Shown: in pieces, positions 18,937 to 29,684 of the stretch
Layout of the letters: each line of letters begins with the position of its first letter
Position numbering within the stretch: position 1 is the stretch's first letter
Assembly: GCA_964512925.1 (NCBI GenBank)
Contig: CAZEKH010000001.1
Location: 136,226 to 200,225 of the forward strand
Reading direction: 5' to 3'
Source: an uncultured Candidatus Saccharibacteria bacterium
GTDB lineage: Bacteria > Patescibacteriota > Doudnabacteria > UBA920
Length of the DNA: 64,000 nt
Translations under genes and position numbers: made by a program
Notes under the pieces: model-generated
The model's database searches: none
What the model saw: the letters and a program-made list of their open reading frames with translations, nothing else
What the model was told of the DNA's origin: nothing

Positions 18937-18965
18937 TTGACGGTTGGCGACAAAAGGGGTATTAT
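18937..18965 (+). promoter_or_regulatory. sigma70-like promoter of htrA
   Basis: TTGACG, 17 nt, TATTAT. A second TATAAT lies 20 nt downstream. Confidence 0.5.
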
Positions 18966-19051
18966 GGTTTGTTAACAATTATTTCTGTATCGGGTATAAT
19001 ACGGTAAGGGTTGAGTTGAGGTTTTAAGAAAAAATAATTTAAAAAAATAGT

Positions 19052-20128
19052 ATGAACAAATTTTTAAAATACATAAGCATAGTAACTATTGTGTTGGGAG
19101 TGGTGTTTGTCGTACAAACCGGTGTAGCGCAGAACATTAAATTCAGCCCTATTAAGCCCCAGGCAAAGCAAAACGCTCTTTTAACTGACGAACAGCAGGG
19201 GATTTTGGCTGTGAGAAAAGCAAAGGCCAGTGTGGTCAATATAGTGGGCAGGAAAAACGACATTGGTCCGGGCAAGGTCATCTCCGGCATAGACATCACC
19301 AACGGCACGGGCATTGTCTGGTCGGCTGACGGGTACATAGTGTCCAACAGTCACGTGGTGGAAGATGTGGCTTTTGAATACGAAGTGGTGTTTGCGGACG
19401 GTTCTTCGTATCCCGCCAAAGTGGTGGGTAAAGACAAATACAATGACGTGGCGCTTTTAAAAATAGAAAGATCTGGGTTAACCTCTGCAACTGTGGGCGA
19501 TTCCGACGCTTTGGAAACCGGACAAACAGTCTTTGCTATCGGTAACTCTCTGGGTAAATATCAAAACACAGTTTCCAGAGGTGTAGTGTCGGGTTTGGGT
19601 AGGGCGATAGACATCGGCAGCGAAGCCAAGCCTTTGCCGCGTTTGCAAAACTTGATTCAGACTGACGCGGCCATAAACTTGGGAAATTCCGGCGGGCCTT
19701 TGGTTAATATGGCAGGGGAAGTGGTAGGGATGAATACGCTTATAGAAAACGACGCTGCCAGCATTGGGTTTTCGGTTCCTATAAACACTGTAAAAAAATC
19801 AGTGGAACAGCTGAAAAATTTCGGTAAAGCCTCCAGACCCTATATGGGCATCCAGTATCAAACCATCACTCCTGAAGCTAGGGTTCTGTATGGCTTTTCA
19901 GCTTCGAACGGAGCAGCGGTTTCCATAGTGGCAAAAAATTCTCCAGCTCAAAAAGCCGGACTGAAAGATGGAGATATAATTTTGGAAATAAACAGAGAAG
20001 TTTTGTCGGCGCAAAATGAGCTAGACAAAATCTTGACCAAATATCAGGCAGGGGACCAGATTTTGCTCAAAGTTTTGCGAGGTAAAAACACTTTGGAACT
20101 TTTACTGATTTTGGAAGAATATAAGTAA
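19052..20128 (+). CDS. htrA: HtrA/DegP-family trypsin-like serine protease with one PDZ domain
   Basis: Signal/TM anchor, His-Asp-Ser triad with GNSGGPLVN, C-terminal PDZ. Confidence 0.85.
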   Translation: MNKFLKYISIVTIVLGVVFVVQTGVAQNIKFSPIKPQAKQNALLTDEQQGILAVRKAKASVVNIVGRKNDIGPGKVISGIDITNGTGIVWSADGYIVSNSHVVEDVAFEYEVVFADGSSYPAKVVGKDKYNDVALLKIERSGLTSATVGDSDALETGQTVFAIGNSLGKYQNTVSRGVVSGLGRAIDIGSEAKPLPRLQNLIQTDAAINLGNSGGPLVNMAGEVVGMNTLIENDAASIGFSVPINTVKKSVEQLKNFGKASRPYMGIQYQTITPEARVLYGFSASNGAAVSIVAKNSPAQKAGLKDGDIILEINREVLSAQNELDKILTKYQAGDQILLKVLRGKNTLELLLILEEYK

Positions 20129-20319
20129 TTGAGCAAAAATAAGTAAAATTGACAAAATTGATCAAAATTTAATAAAACGGGACTTACGTATATGGTGTCA
20201 TTCCCGCGGAGGCGGGAATCTAGTTAGTATAACTGTGTTATTTATTAATAAAATTTACTCTGTCACGTCTATTCATCTTTGATAAAAAAAGACAATATGG
20301 ATTTTTAAAAGTGAATAGA

Positions 20320-20356
20320 AAAAGACCGTGCCGATGTGTGTCAGCTCGGTCTTTTT
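20320..20356 (+). terminator. Rho-independent terminator
   Basis: AAAAGACCGTGCCGATGTGTGTCAGCTCGGTCTTTTT. Confidence 0.7.
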
Positions 20357-20514
20357 GAAACCTTCAGGAACTTATGACTCGGCTTTTCTGGCCTTTATAT
20401 TACTCAAAATTGAAAATTTTGAGGAAGCGTTCTGAAAATCTGGCTCCGCCAGTTTTCAGAAAACTTCTAAAGGTAAAGAAAAGCTTATGAAAGGAAAAAT
20501 GCTAGTTTGTCCGT

Positions 20515-20784
20515 TCATAAATTGTCTTCGGTTCCTGTTTTGACCGCTTGCCAGATGGCAAGCATAATCAGGGAAGCGGCGATGCTGACCAGGGAGGCGT
20601 GCTCAACGGCTTTTAACAGCTCGGAGACTTGCGCCAGCATAATCAGCATACCAAAGCCTTTGGAGACCAAAGGCTTGCTTCCTGTTTTGCCGGCAAGCTT
20701 TGCCTTCAGGTTAGAAGTTGACCGAAAGGCGCTTACCAGCAGGCCTGCCATAACCACAGCCGCCAGGAACGCGAAGGAGTTCAT
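20515..20784 (-). CDS. small membrane protein, relatively high GC
   Basis: 89 aa with two hydrophobic segments. Confidence 0.35.
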   Translation of the reverse strand: MNSFAFLAAVVMAGLLVSAFRSTSNLKAKLAGKTGSKPLVSKGFGMLIMLAQVSELLKAVEHASLVSIAASLIMLAIWQAVKTGTEDNL

Positions 20785-21079
20785 AATGCTCCTTTCTTTC
20801 CCGATTTGACTCTCGGGAGAACCTCCTTAATGGTAATGTGCTTCCTCAACCTTGGTTGGCAACGCCAACTCGGGGAGGACCCCGAAGTATAAGTTTAAAA
20901 CATGTGTTTGTCAATATACTTAACCGATGTTAAAATATGTTTAATTGATTTGTATGTTTTGTTGTTTTTAAATTAACCTAATTTCTCCGCCTGCAACTTT
21001 TGCCTAGCATTTGGGCAGGTAATTAACCTAATTACCTAAAATCATACATTGGGATTTATTTAGAATAATCAGAAATTTT

Positions 21080-22060
21080 ATGGATATATACAACACTATC
21101 ATCATCGGATCCGGGCCGGCGGGACTGACAGCCGCAATTTATGCTGCCAGGGCTTCTTTGGCGCCTCTGGTTTTGGCCGGACAAAATCCTGGCGGACAGC
21201 TGATGCAGACCACGGAAGTGGAAAATTTCCCCGGGTTTATAAACGGCATACTTGGCCCGGAGCTGATGGAGAACATGACAAAGCAGGCTGAGAGGTTTGG
21301 CGCCAAAATTCTGCAGGAGACTGCGGTTTCGGTTGATTTTAGCGCTCAGCCTTTTGTGGTAACCACAAATATATACAACTCCCAAAAACCACCTCTTAAT
21401 GCAAGAGAGGGCATAGGGGGTGGTATGCCACAAGGGGTATATCTGGCCAAAACCGTGATCATTGCCACGGGCGCGGAAGCCAACTGGCTGGGCTTGCCCA
21501 ACGAGCAGAGGCTTCGCGGCAAAGGCGTTTCCGCCTGCGCTACCTGCGACGGGTTTTTCTTTAAGGGCAAAGACGTGGCAGTCATCGGCGGCGGGGACAG
21601 CGCCATGGAAGAGGCAAATTTCCTTTCCCGTTTTGCCAATACGGTTACCATAGTCCACCGCAGGGAGGAGTTTAAAGCTTCCAAGATAATGCTTCAAAGG
21701 GCAAAAGAAAATCCCAAAATAAAGTTCGTAACCAATGCGGAAGTTTTGGATGTATTAGGCGCGGAAAAAGTTGAAGGATTGAAAATAAAAGATAAAGTTT
21801 CCGGAAGTGAAAGTGATTTAGCTGTTCAAGGAATGTTTTTAGCCATTGGTCATACTCCGGCAGGCAAGATTTTCAAAGACGCGGGCGTGGAAGTTAACGA
21901 GAAAGGCTATATAGTCCCCAAATACCATACAGAAACCAACGTCCCGGGTGTCTTTTGCGCCGGAGATGTGGACGATGCGCGTTACAGGCAGGCCATCACC
22001 GCCGCTGGTATGGGCTGTATGGCTGCTTTGGATGTTGAGAAATATTTAAGCGAAACATAA
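21080..22060 (+). CDS. trxB: thioredoxin-disulfide reductase
   Basis: FAD-binding GSGPAG, redox-active CATCDG, NADPH-binding GGGDSAMEEA. Probable in-frame hairpin insertion near 21375-21425. Confidence 0.9.
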   Translation: MDIYNTIIIGSGPAGLTAAIYAARASLAPLVLAGQNPGGQLMQTTEVENFPGFINGILGPELMENMTKQAERFGAKILQETAVSVDFSAQPFVVTTNIYNSQKPPLNAREGIGGGMPQGVYLAKTVIIATGAEANWLGLPNEQRLRGKGVSACATCDGFFFKGKDVAVIGGGDSAMEEANFLSRFANTVTIVHRREEFKASKIMLQRAKENPKIKFVTNAEVLDVLGAEKVEGLKIKDKVSGSESDLAVQGMFLAIGHTPAGKIFKDAGVEVNEKGYIVPKYHTETNVPGVFCAGDVDDARYRQAITAAGMGCMAALDVEKYLSET

Positions 22061-22635
22061 TGAAAGAAATTGGGAATAATGAATTTAGCGGGGAAGTCCA
22101 AAAATCCCCAGAGTCAAAGCTTGAAAGTAAGATAAAAAATATTCGCCAGGAGATGTGGCGGCTTTGCTTGATTTTGAATGAGTATTTACTTTCTATAGGA
22201 AATAAGAAAATTTTAAATCGGGAAAATTTTAATATAAATACTTTTTATTCTTATATTACGCAAGCCTCAACAAGCCTTTTAACCGGATCGAAGAATCCGT
22301 TATATCAGGAAGCTATGACTACTCATGCTGAATTGTTAAAGCTTTTTGAGCAACTGATATTTAGTTATAAAAGTTTGGGCAGGCTTAGAAAAACACACCC
22401 AACTGACCAAACATATGATATTTCTCCTAAAGTCGACGATTGGTCGATTGCCTTTCATGGCGATATGAACCCAAATGGCGCCAGAGTTTTAAGTAGCCGA
22501 TTGCCAGATTTGTCGCAGCAAGAAGGGGATATTGGTGATGACGAGCTTATAGATATGCCAGGGGAGAAAGCAAGGAGAAACAAAAGAATTTTGAACATTC
22601 AAGCAAAACTGCCAGATGAAGAGATAAAAATATGA
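22060..22635 (+). CDS. hypothetical protein
   Basis: 191-aa ORF translationally coupled to both neighbours. Confidence 0.45.
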   Translation: MKEIGNNEFSGEVQKSPESKLESKIKNIRQEMWRLCLILNEYLLSIGNKKILNRENFNINTFYSYITQASTSLLTGSKNPLYQEAMTTHAELLKLFEQLIFSYKSLGRLRKTHPTDQTYDISPKVDDWSIAFHGDMNPNGARVLSSRLPDLSQQEGDIGDDELIDMPGEKARRNKRILNIQAKLPDEEIKI

Positions 22636-23075
22636 AAAAATATTGTATTTCTGGCAAAGTTGTAAAGGGTCTGGGCTATGGCAGGAAGCTTGGATACCCG
22701 ACTGCCAACATAGAAAGGCGCGGGTGGGCGAGGCTTACAGAAAAACCGAAGACTGGGGTTTGGGCTGGCTGGATGCAATTGAAAATAGAAAATAGAAAAT
22801 TGAAAATAAATCCCTCTCCCTCAATGGGGGATGGGAAGGGGTGGGGGTGGCACAAGGCTGCTGTAGTTATAGGGCCTTTGGACCAATCCGGTCTTCCAAA
22901 AATAGAAGCGCACCTCCTAAATTTTACAGGCAATTTGTACGGGAAAAAAATTACCATTGTTTTAGAAAAGTATTTAAGGCCGTTTAGAAAGTTTAAGACT
23001 GAAGCCGAACTGAAAAAGCAGATAGGGAAGGATGTTCACAGAGTTAGAAAATTTAAAAATAGAGATAAAAAATAA
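22632..23075 (+). CDS. riboflavin kinase domain protein (RibF C-terminal-domain-like)
   Basis: GKVVKGLGYGRKLGYPTANI motif. Repeat-derived in-frame insertion at 22790-22860 (NPSPSMGDGKGWGW). Confidence 0.6.
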   Translation: MKKYCISGKVVKGLGYGRKLGYPTANIERRGWARLTEKPKTGVWAGWMQLKIENRKLKINPSPSMGDGKGWGWHKAAVVIGPLDQSGLPKIEAHLLNFTGNLYGKKITIVLEKYLRPFRKFKTEAELKKQIGKDVHRVRKFKNRDKK

Positions 23076-23089
23076 AGAATAATGACCAC

Positions 23090-23215
23090 TTTTATAACCC
23101 GCATCTGTCATTCCGGAAATTCCAATCATTAAGGAATTATCCGGAATCTAGCTTTTTTACCCTGGATCCCAGCTCTCTCCGCCTGCTGGCGGATAGTCTG
23201 GGATGACAAAAAGTT
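23090..23215. repeat. two adjacent copies of the TGTCATYCC-hairpin-GGRATC element family
   Basis: CTGTCATTCCGGAAATTCC...GGAATTATCCGGAATC and CCTGGATCCCAG...CTGGGATGACAAAAAG. Confidence 0.6.
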
Positions 23216-24144
23216 ACTTACTACTTGTATTTATGTACCCTCTAATCATTTTCTTTTCTTCTCTCCTTTGGGCTTTGGACGCTCCTTTTCGGCAGCCTTT
23301 GTTGGTCGCGGGTTTGGGCGTGGGGTTTGTGGCTTTACTTGAACATTTGTTCAACACCGGAGCGTCATTGCCGGCTTTGTGGCAAAACCGGGCAAGCTTA
23401 AAAAATATCACACCCAAGCAGTGGGCGGGATTTTTTTACATTGGAGCCGGGGCTTCGGCTTTTGCCGCCATACTGTTTGTCAAAGGCGCGGTTTCTATGA
23501 ACTACAACTTTACAGTAGTGGCGCTCTTACAAAAATTTCAACCGCTCTTTGCTATTTTGTTGTCGTACTTCTTTTTAAAAGAAAAAATCACGGGAAAATT
23601 TTGGCTTTATGCCGTGCCGGCTTTGTTTGGAGGATACTTGGTGAGTTTTGGTTTGTCTAATCCTTTTGTGTTATTACAAACCGCAAAAATTGCTTCATTT
23701 GTCGGCCCTTTTCTTGCGGTCTTGGCAGCAATCCTATGGGCAGGAGGGACTGTTGTGGGTAGAGGGCTTTTAAATAATTTAGATTTTAAACTTGTAACTG
23801 CTTTGAGATTTTTGTTTGGCCTTTTGTTTTTAGTTTTTTATGTTTGGTTTTTTGAAAAATTTCAGTTTAGCCAAATGGGCAGCTTTGAGTGGAGAAATGT
23901 GTTTATTATTGCTATGCTGACAGGGTTTTTTGCCTTGTCTTTGTACTACTATGGCCTGAAAAAAACCAAAGCCTCGGTTGCCACGCTTATGGAGCTTGGT
24001 TACCCAGTTGCCCTTACAATCATCAACTGGAAATTTCTTCATATTGCCCTAAGCCCCTGGCAGATCGCCGGAGCGGTGCTTTTGGTAGTATCTGTGGTAG
24101 CTATGGCTTTAGTCGGACAAAAGAAAGCGCCAGAAGTTCGGTAG
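23203..24144 (+). CDS. EamA/DMT-family transporter
   Basis: 10 predicted TM helices in two repeated halves. Confidence 0.65.
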   Translation: MTKSYLLLVFMYPLIIFFSSLLWALDAPFRQPLLVAGLGVGFVALLEHLFNTGASLPALWQNRASLKNITPKQWAGFFYIGAGASAFAAILFVKGAVSMNYNFTVVALLQKFQPLFAILLSYFFLKEKITGKFWLYAVPALFGGYLVSFGLSNPFVLLQTAKIASFVGPFLAVLAAILWAGGTVVGRGLLNNLDFKLVTALRFLFGLLFLVFYVWFFEKFQFSQMGSFEWRNVFIIAMLTGFFALSLYYYGLKKTKASVATLMELGYPVALTIINWKFLHIALSPWQIAGAVLLVVSVVAMALVGQKKAPEVR

Positions 24145-24438
24145 CTCGATATGATATTAAGTATAGATTTTCAGCTGTACTTTAGAAACAAGATCCCAGC
24201 ATTCCTCCTTTTTTAAAACTCCGGAAGGATAAGTCGCGAGGATTACAATAAAAATAAACTGTCATTCCGGCCTTTGAGCCGGAATCTTGTATTTTAAGAG
24301 AAATATTTTTCACTGTATTTAGTATTTTACTTTGAATTACGAAATTGTTATCAAGACAAAATTTTCCAGGCGATTGACGAGAGGGGTGTTTTGGAGTACA
24401 ATATAAAGTCCTAAATATAACAATTAATTTATAAATAT

Positions 24439-26802
24439 ATGTTAAAAAAAGCTCTTATTTTAGCGGCTTTTGTGGGGCTGATGGCGGCTTTTGCGCCAAA
24501 AGCTCTGGCCGCCACCCCGTATTTGTCCGTTTCTGGACAGAGCGGTGACAACTATACCTTTACCATCACTGGCGCGGATTCAAACGCGAGGGTGGTTTTG
24601 TACGCGAGAACCCAAGGGTCTTCGCTTTGGTCAACAGTCATTGACCCGATTGGTTATACAGACTTTTCCGGCAATTTAACCACCACAAAAAATGCAGGAT
24701 TAGGTAGTTCCGCTGGTGAGTTTTATGTTTTGGTCAACGGCCAGCAGTCAGGAGTGGTAAGTTCAAACTATAACAATTACAATAACTATAATGGAAATTA
24801 TAGCGGTTGTACTTATAACTGTGGCAGTCCATATGGTTTATCTTTGAGCCAAAACAGCGTCAGTGTGGCAGTAGGACAGAATTCGTATGTTACTGCCTAT
24901 AACTCTTCCGGGTTATATATTTCTTCAAATTCCAATTCTTCTGTTGTTATAGCTTCGGTTTCCGGTAATCAGATTACTTTATACGGCAGGGCTTCGGGCA
25001 CGGCAACTGTGCAGGTATGCGGCAATAGCTATAACAATAACTATTACTATAACAACAGCTCAAACTGCGCCAGCATTTTCGTTACCGTAAGTGGCGGAGT
25101 TTTGGGCGCAAATACCAACCTTTGGTTTTCGCCTTCTAACCCAACTTTATTTGTGGGGCAAAATTTAGCAGTCTCTATCAACAGTTCAGTGGTCGCGGGT
25201 AGCTACTACTATCCGCAGAGCAATGCCTACTATATTTCCTCTAACTCTAACTCAGGTGTTGTTTCCGCCAATGTAGTGGGAACAGTTTTAAACTTGTATG
25301 GCTTGACGAACGGTTCTTCCACTATCAATGTTTGTCACAGCTCGCTGGGGTATTGTTCAAGTCTGTATGTTACAGTTAGTGGCGGCTCCTCAGGATCCAG
25401 CATCACTTTTAGCGAACCAAGTCCGGCTATGTATGTCGGGCAAAGCAAAGCTGTCAGCATTTACGGCGGCTCGTATGGCACCTATTACATAGGCGCAAAC
25501 GGCAACTCCTCAGTAGTTTCAGCCAGCATTTCAGGTTCAACTTTGAACTTGTACGCAATGCAAAACGGTTCTTCCACCATTAGCATTTGTCAGTATGGTG
25601 GCACTTGCGGGTATATTTATGCTACGGTTTCCGGCTCGGGTACCGGGTCTTTAACTCTTAGCCAGGGCACTTTAAACCTAACACCTAACCAGTCTTCTTC
25701 AGTAACTGTTTATGGCAACAATTCCGGTCTCTATATTTCCCAAAATTCCAACTCCCAGGTAGCCAGCGCGACTTTGTCCGGCAATACTGTCAATGTGTAT
25801 GCCTACACGCAAGGCAACACTACTATTTCCATCTGCCAGACAGGATATAGCGTTTGCGCTTACTTGTATGTTACTGTCAGCGGCGGCTCTACCGGGGGAC
25901 AGGTTTGGTTTTCTCCTTCCAGCGCCAACATCAACGTTGGCCAAAATCAAGCGGTAAATATTTATAGCGGCAGTTTTAACAGCTATTACATCTCAGCTAA
26001 TTCAAACCCAAGCGTTGTAACAGCCAGCATTTCTGGCAATATAATGAACATCTACGGACGGGTAAATGGCTCTTCTACTGTTACAGTTTGTCAGTCTTCT
26101 GTCTCAGCCTGTTCTAGCTTTTATGTTACAGTATCTGGTGGCGGCACGACCGGCGGTTTGTCTTTAAGTCAAACCTCAGTTAGCTTAAACATCGGACAGA
26201 CTTCATATGTTACAGCTTATAACTCTTCTGGCCTGTACATTTCTTCCAATAGCAATTCTTCCGTAGCCTCAGCTTCTGTCTCAGGTAGTCAAATAATGAT
26301 TTACGGACTAACCAACGGCAGTACCAACATTTTGGTTTGTTCCGGTGGTTCGGGTTATACAGTGGGCTGTGCTACTGTGTATGTAACAGTTTCTGGTGGC
26401 GGCGGAGTTTTGGGTACATCTATCTACAAAAATGGCACACTGATTTCTGAAAACGGCACAGTCTATATAACTTATAAAAATACCAAAACCGGATTTGCCA
26501 ATAGAGCGGCTTTTGAAGGCTTGGGCTTTAGATTTACAAATGTTTTGTCCACCGGCTATACCGGCCTTGTTAACTCCGGTTATATTGTGCAGACTGCTTA
26601 TGCTTCCCACCCTTGGGGCTCCTGGATTAAGTCAGGCGGCACGGTTTACTTTGTCCACGAGTCTGGGCTTATCCCAGTTCCATCTTATGATGTGTTCTTA
26701 AATAATGGGGGACAGGACTACCTGGTGGTCCCTGCCAACTCCTGGGACTTTAGTCTCCCAATGCTGTCACCGATGACGTATGGGGATTTTAGGCTTCAAT
26801 AA
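24439..26802 (+). CDS. large secreted surface protein with ~8 tandem Ig-like (Big_2-type) repeats
   Basis: Signal peptide. Repeated modules ...YISSNSNSSVV-ASVSGNxITLYG-NGSSTVxVC-...YVTVSGG. Confidence 0.7.
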   Translation: MLKKALILAAFVGLMAAFAPKALAATPYLSVSGQSGDNYTFTITGADSNARVVLYARTQGSSLWSTVIDPIGYTDFSGNLTTTKNAGLGSSAGEFYVLVNGQQSGVVSSNYNNYNNYNGNYSGCTYNCGSPYGLSLSQNSVSVAVGQNSYVTAYNSSGLYISSNSNSSVVIASVSGNQITLYGRASGTATVQVCGNSYNNNYYYNNSSNCASIFVTVSGGVLGANTNLWFSPSNPTLFVGQNLAVSINSSVVAGSYYYPQSNAYYISSNSNSGVVSANVVGTVLNLYGLTNGSSTINVCHSSLGYCSSLYVTVSGGSSGSSITFSEPSPAMYVGQSKAVSIYGGSYGTYYIGANGNSSVVSASISGSTLNLYAMQNGSSTISICQYGGTCGYIYATVSGSGTGSLTLSQGTLNLTPNQSSSVTVYGNNSGLYISQNSNSQVASATLSGNTVNVYAYTQGNTTISICQTGYSVCAYLYVTVSGGSTGGQVWFSPSSANINVGQNQAVNIYSGSFNSYYISANSNPSVVTASISGNIMNIYGRVNGSSTVTVCQSSVSACSSFYVTVSGGGTTGGLSLSQTSVSLNIGQTSYVTAYNSSGLYISSNSNSSVASASVSGSQIMIYGLTNGSTNILVCSGGSGYTVGCATVYVTVSGGGGVLGTSIYKNGTLISENGTVYITYKNTKTGFANRAAFEGLGFRFTNVLSTGYTGLVNSGYIVQTAYASHPWGSWIKSGGTVYFVHESGLIPVPSYDVFLNNGGQDYLVVPANSWDFSLPMLSPMTYGDFRLQ

Positions 26803-26837
26803 TGCAAGTAGATAGTATATTGTATTAAGTATTATGC

Positions 26838-26872
26838 AAAAACTCCCCCGATGTAATCGGGGGAGTTTTTTT
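26838..26872. terminator. bidirectional terminator
   Basis: AAAAACTCCCCCGATGTAATCGGGGGAGTTTTTTT. Confidence 0.85.
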
Positions 26873-26907
26873 GTCTTTGCTAAATACAAAATACTTTATA
26901 CTAAATA

Positions 26908-27468
26908 CTAGTTCGCCACTCTTTCCACATAAGCGCCGTCTCTGGTGTCCACACGGATGAGGTCGCCTTCCTTGATGAACATCGGAGCGTCAACTGTCAG
27001 GCCGGTTTCAAGCGTGACGATTTTCGTAACATTGCCGCCACTGTTGCCTTTGGTGTCGGGTGGAGCTTCGGTAACTTTTAGTTCAACTTTGATCGGAAGT
27101 TCTATGGAAACTGGTTTGTCGTTAAAGCGCAAGATGGAAACTTCCATACCTTCTTTCAAAAACTTTTCTTGTTCCAATGTAACTTCTTTTTGGATGTCTA
27201 CGGTTTCAAAAGTCGACTGATTCATAAAGTGGGTGCCGTCAGCATCGGCATATAGAAAGCCGGCTTTTTCGCGGGTAACATCCGCTTCCTCTATGCTTTC
27301 GCCGAATTTGAAAGAATATTCGTAAACTTTGCCGGTGATGACATTTCTAAGTTTGGTTTGCATTACTGGTTTTCTTTGGGCAGTACGCATCCGGTTGGAC
27401 CAGATGACCTGAACTGGCTGTTTTTCCCAGAGAATAATGGTACCAATTTTAAGATCGTTTAAATCCAT
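26908..27468 (-). CDS. efp: elongation factor P
   Basis: Full-length EF-P with the conserved KPGKG-type loop region. Confidence 0.9.
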   Translation of the reverse strand: MDLNDLKIGTIILWEKQPVQVIWSNRMRTAQRKPVMQTKLRNVITGKVYEYSFKFGESIEEADVTREKAGFLYADADGTHFMNQSTFETVDIQKEVTLEQEKFLKEGMEVSILRFNDKPVSIELPIKVELKVTEAPPDTKGNSGGNVTKIVTLETGLTVDAPMFIKEGDLIRVDTRDGAYVERVAN

Positions 27469-27570
27469 TGTTGTTTAATCCTAATTATCCGAATTAATAT
27501 CCAAATGTTCCGAATTTACTGCAATCATTCGGGTAATTTGGATTGCAGTATTTGGGTAATTCGGGTTATG

Positions 27571-27801
27571 TTATGCTGCTACAAACGGCAGGAGAGCCAT
27601 ATGCCGGGCTCTTTTTAAGGCCTGGGCAACTACGCGCTGGTGTTTTGGGCAAGTGCCTGTTCTTTTGCTACCCATAATTTTAGCGTGGGGAGACATAAAG
27701 CGTCTGAGGCCTTGGGTGTCTTTGTAGTCAATGGTGGTTAAGTGGTTGGAGCAGAAATAACACTGCTTTTTTACGTTGATGGTTGGTTGTTGTGGACGCA
27801 T
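27571..27801 (-). CDS. rpsR: 30S ribosomal protein S18
   Basis: CYFCSNHLTTIDYKDTQGLRRFMSPHAKI... Confidence 0.9.
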   Translation of the reverse strand: MRPQQPTINVKKQCYFCSNHLTTIDYKDTQGLRRFMSPHAKIMGSKRTGTCPKHQRVVAQALKRARHMALLPFVAA

Positions 27802-27906
27802 AATAAAATTATTCTAATTATTCTAATTGCTCTAATTAACCTAACTGATTTTTAGAATAATTAGGTCAATTAGGTTAATTTGTCATTACCATTTTAAACC
27901 AATGGT

Positions 27907-28404
27907 TTAAAATGGTATATCTTCCACATTTACATCTTCCTGCTGGATGGTTGGAAGTTCTTCTTCTCTTGGGGCTGGGGCAGGGGAGAGGTTTTGTGGT
28001 TTGGTTGAGGATTGAAATGTTGGAGCTTGGGAAACTTGGGGCTGGAAAGCTGAAGACTGGGAAGTGCCGGAAGATTTGCTGTCCAGCATAATCATATTGT
28101 CGCCGATGATTTCCGTGCGGTAGCGCTTTTGTCCGTCCTGGCCGTCCCAGGAGCGGGTCTGGAGCCTGCCTTCTATGTAGACTTTTGCGCCTTTTTTCAG
28201 GTATTGGTGAGCGATCTCGCCAAGCTTGCGCCAGAGGACTACGTTGTGGAATTCGGTTTGTTCCACTTTTTGCCCCGTGTCTTTGTTGGTGTAAGCAAAG
28301 CCCGTGGCAACACCGATCTGGCAAACATTGACGCCAGAAGGGGTGGTGCGCAGTTCTGGGTCGCGGGTCAGCCGACCGATGATCATAACTTTGTTTAAAT
28401 CCAT
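27907..28404 (-). CDS. ssb: single-stranded DNA-binding protein
   Basis: OB-fold N-terminus MDLNKVMIIGRLTRDPELR and acidic C-terminal DIPF tail. Confidence 0.9.
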   Translation of the reverse strand: MDLNKVMIIGRLTRDPELRTTPSGVNVCQIGVATGFAYTNKDTGQKVEQTEFHNVVLWRKLGEIAHQYLKKGAKVYIEGRLQTRSWDGQDGQKRYRTEIIGDNMIMLDSKSSGTSQSSAFQPQVSQAPTFQSSTKPQNLSPAPAPREEELPTIQQEDVNVEDIPF

Positions 28405-28494
28405 ATAAATCGCTGATCTCTCGCGGATTAAAACGCTGATCTCATGCGGATCTGCGTGGGGTCCGCGTTAATTTCTGCGTGTATTCCGCGTTAA

Positions 28495-28983
28495 TTATTT
28501 GGTGAGGTCTTCAGTTAGCGCTGCCTCTATCTTTTCTTCCAGGGCTTTTTCGTCTATGTCTTCCAGCTTAACCTGAGGCTTTGCTTTTTTCTCCACCGGA
28601 GCTGAGCTTGGCTTTTCCAGTTCAGAAGCCGGGATTTTGCGCTTGGAATTTAAGGCGCTTTGGGCTTTCCTGTCCTTTTCCGCGCGTTCCAAGTACTCAT
28701 CCAGGTTGACCAGGATATAGCGGATAATGTTTTGGTTCTGGGAGCGGATTTTCGCGTCCAAACCGTTGACCTTTTTTCCTTCCATACTGAAATTCACCAC
28801 AACATAATGTCCGTTGCGGGTTTTCTTGATGGGATAGGCAAGTTTCTTTTTGCCTAACTGGGTTTCTACAACTTCTTCTCCGCCAAATTCTTTGACAAAG
28901 TCTAAAACTTGAGCGGTGATGCCAGGAACGTCAGTGTCTGCTACGTGGCTTCCGAGCAGATACATAAGTTCATATTTTGGCAT
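28495..28983 (-). CDS. rpsF: 30S ribosomal protein S6 with acidic C-terminal extension
   Basis: MPKYELMYLL...YVVVNFSMEG. Conserved rpsF-ssb-rpsR order. Confidence 0.9.
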   Translation of the reverse strand: MPKYELMYLLGSHVADTDVPGITAQVLDFVKEFGGEEVVETQLGKKKLAYPIKKTRNGHYVVVNFSMEGKKVNGLDAKIRSQNQNIIRYILVNLDEYLERAEKDRKAQSALNSKRKIPASELEKPSSAPVEKKAKPQVKLEDIDEKALEEKIEAALTEDLTK

Positions 28984-29216
28984 AAGGAGGTCTCCTTATC
29001 TCTGCGGCTAAATACCACAAAGAATATGAATAATTATTGTTCACAAATCACCAATACTACAAATTTTACAAATAACTTATCAATCTGTTTGATTTGCCGT
29101 ATCTATGATCAGTGGATGATGTTGAAAGTATAGCAATTACTGGGTTTTTTGTCGATATTGACAATTTTTAGGATTTATGGTAAGATGTTGGGTCATTCTG
29201 AAGGAGGGTGACATTA

Positions 29217-29480
29217 GTGTACGCAGACAAACGCCTTGCCAAATTTTTCCACGGACCGCTCGGTGTCCCTCCAGGGATACGGTCGGTCATCGTCCTTGAA
29301 GGGGGCGAGACCGCAGACGCGGTTATGTGGAGAGCATACAAGGAGAAAGCGGTTTATACGTCATGGGGTGGAGACAAGCTTTTTTGGGTGGTTTTTCCAA
29401 ACAAACCTGACAGAGCTTGGGATTTCACCGCAGGGGCGCTTAGACGCGAACTCCGAAAGGCAAATCAGCCGAAAGGCTGA
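29217..29480 (+). CDS. hypothetical protein in a high-GC segment
   Basis: GTG start 10 nt after GGAGGG. ~58% GC. Followed by GC-rich hairpins. Confidence 0.3.
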   Translation: MYADKRLAKFFHGPLGVPPGIRSVIVLEGGETADAVMWRAYKEKAVYTSWGGDKLFWVVFPNKPDRAWDFTAGALRRELRKANQPKG

Positions 29481-29684
29481 GCCGCTCGCACCCGGCTTAC
29501 GGTGCGGCGCTAACCGCAGGATCTCTAAGCGAGGTTTTGGCGGGAAACGATCCGAAGCGGCGGCCGAAGGCCTGCCGAAGACGGATCGCCGGCGCGGCGA
29601 TGTCTGCATATAATATATTATGAAAAAAAATAAGATCTAGCTTAAAACCCTAGGTCTTTTCTTTTGATTTATTTTTTATAAATT

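Noticed and set aside
21056-21697. 213-aa and 112-aa ORFs antisense to trxB
   Set aside because: Antisense to a highly conserved trxB frame.
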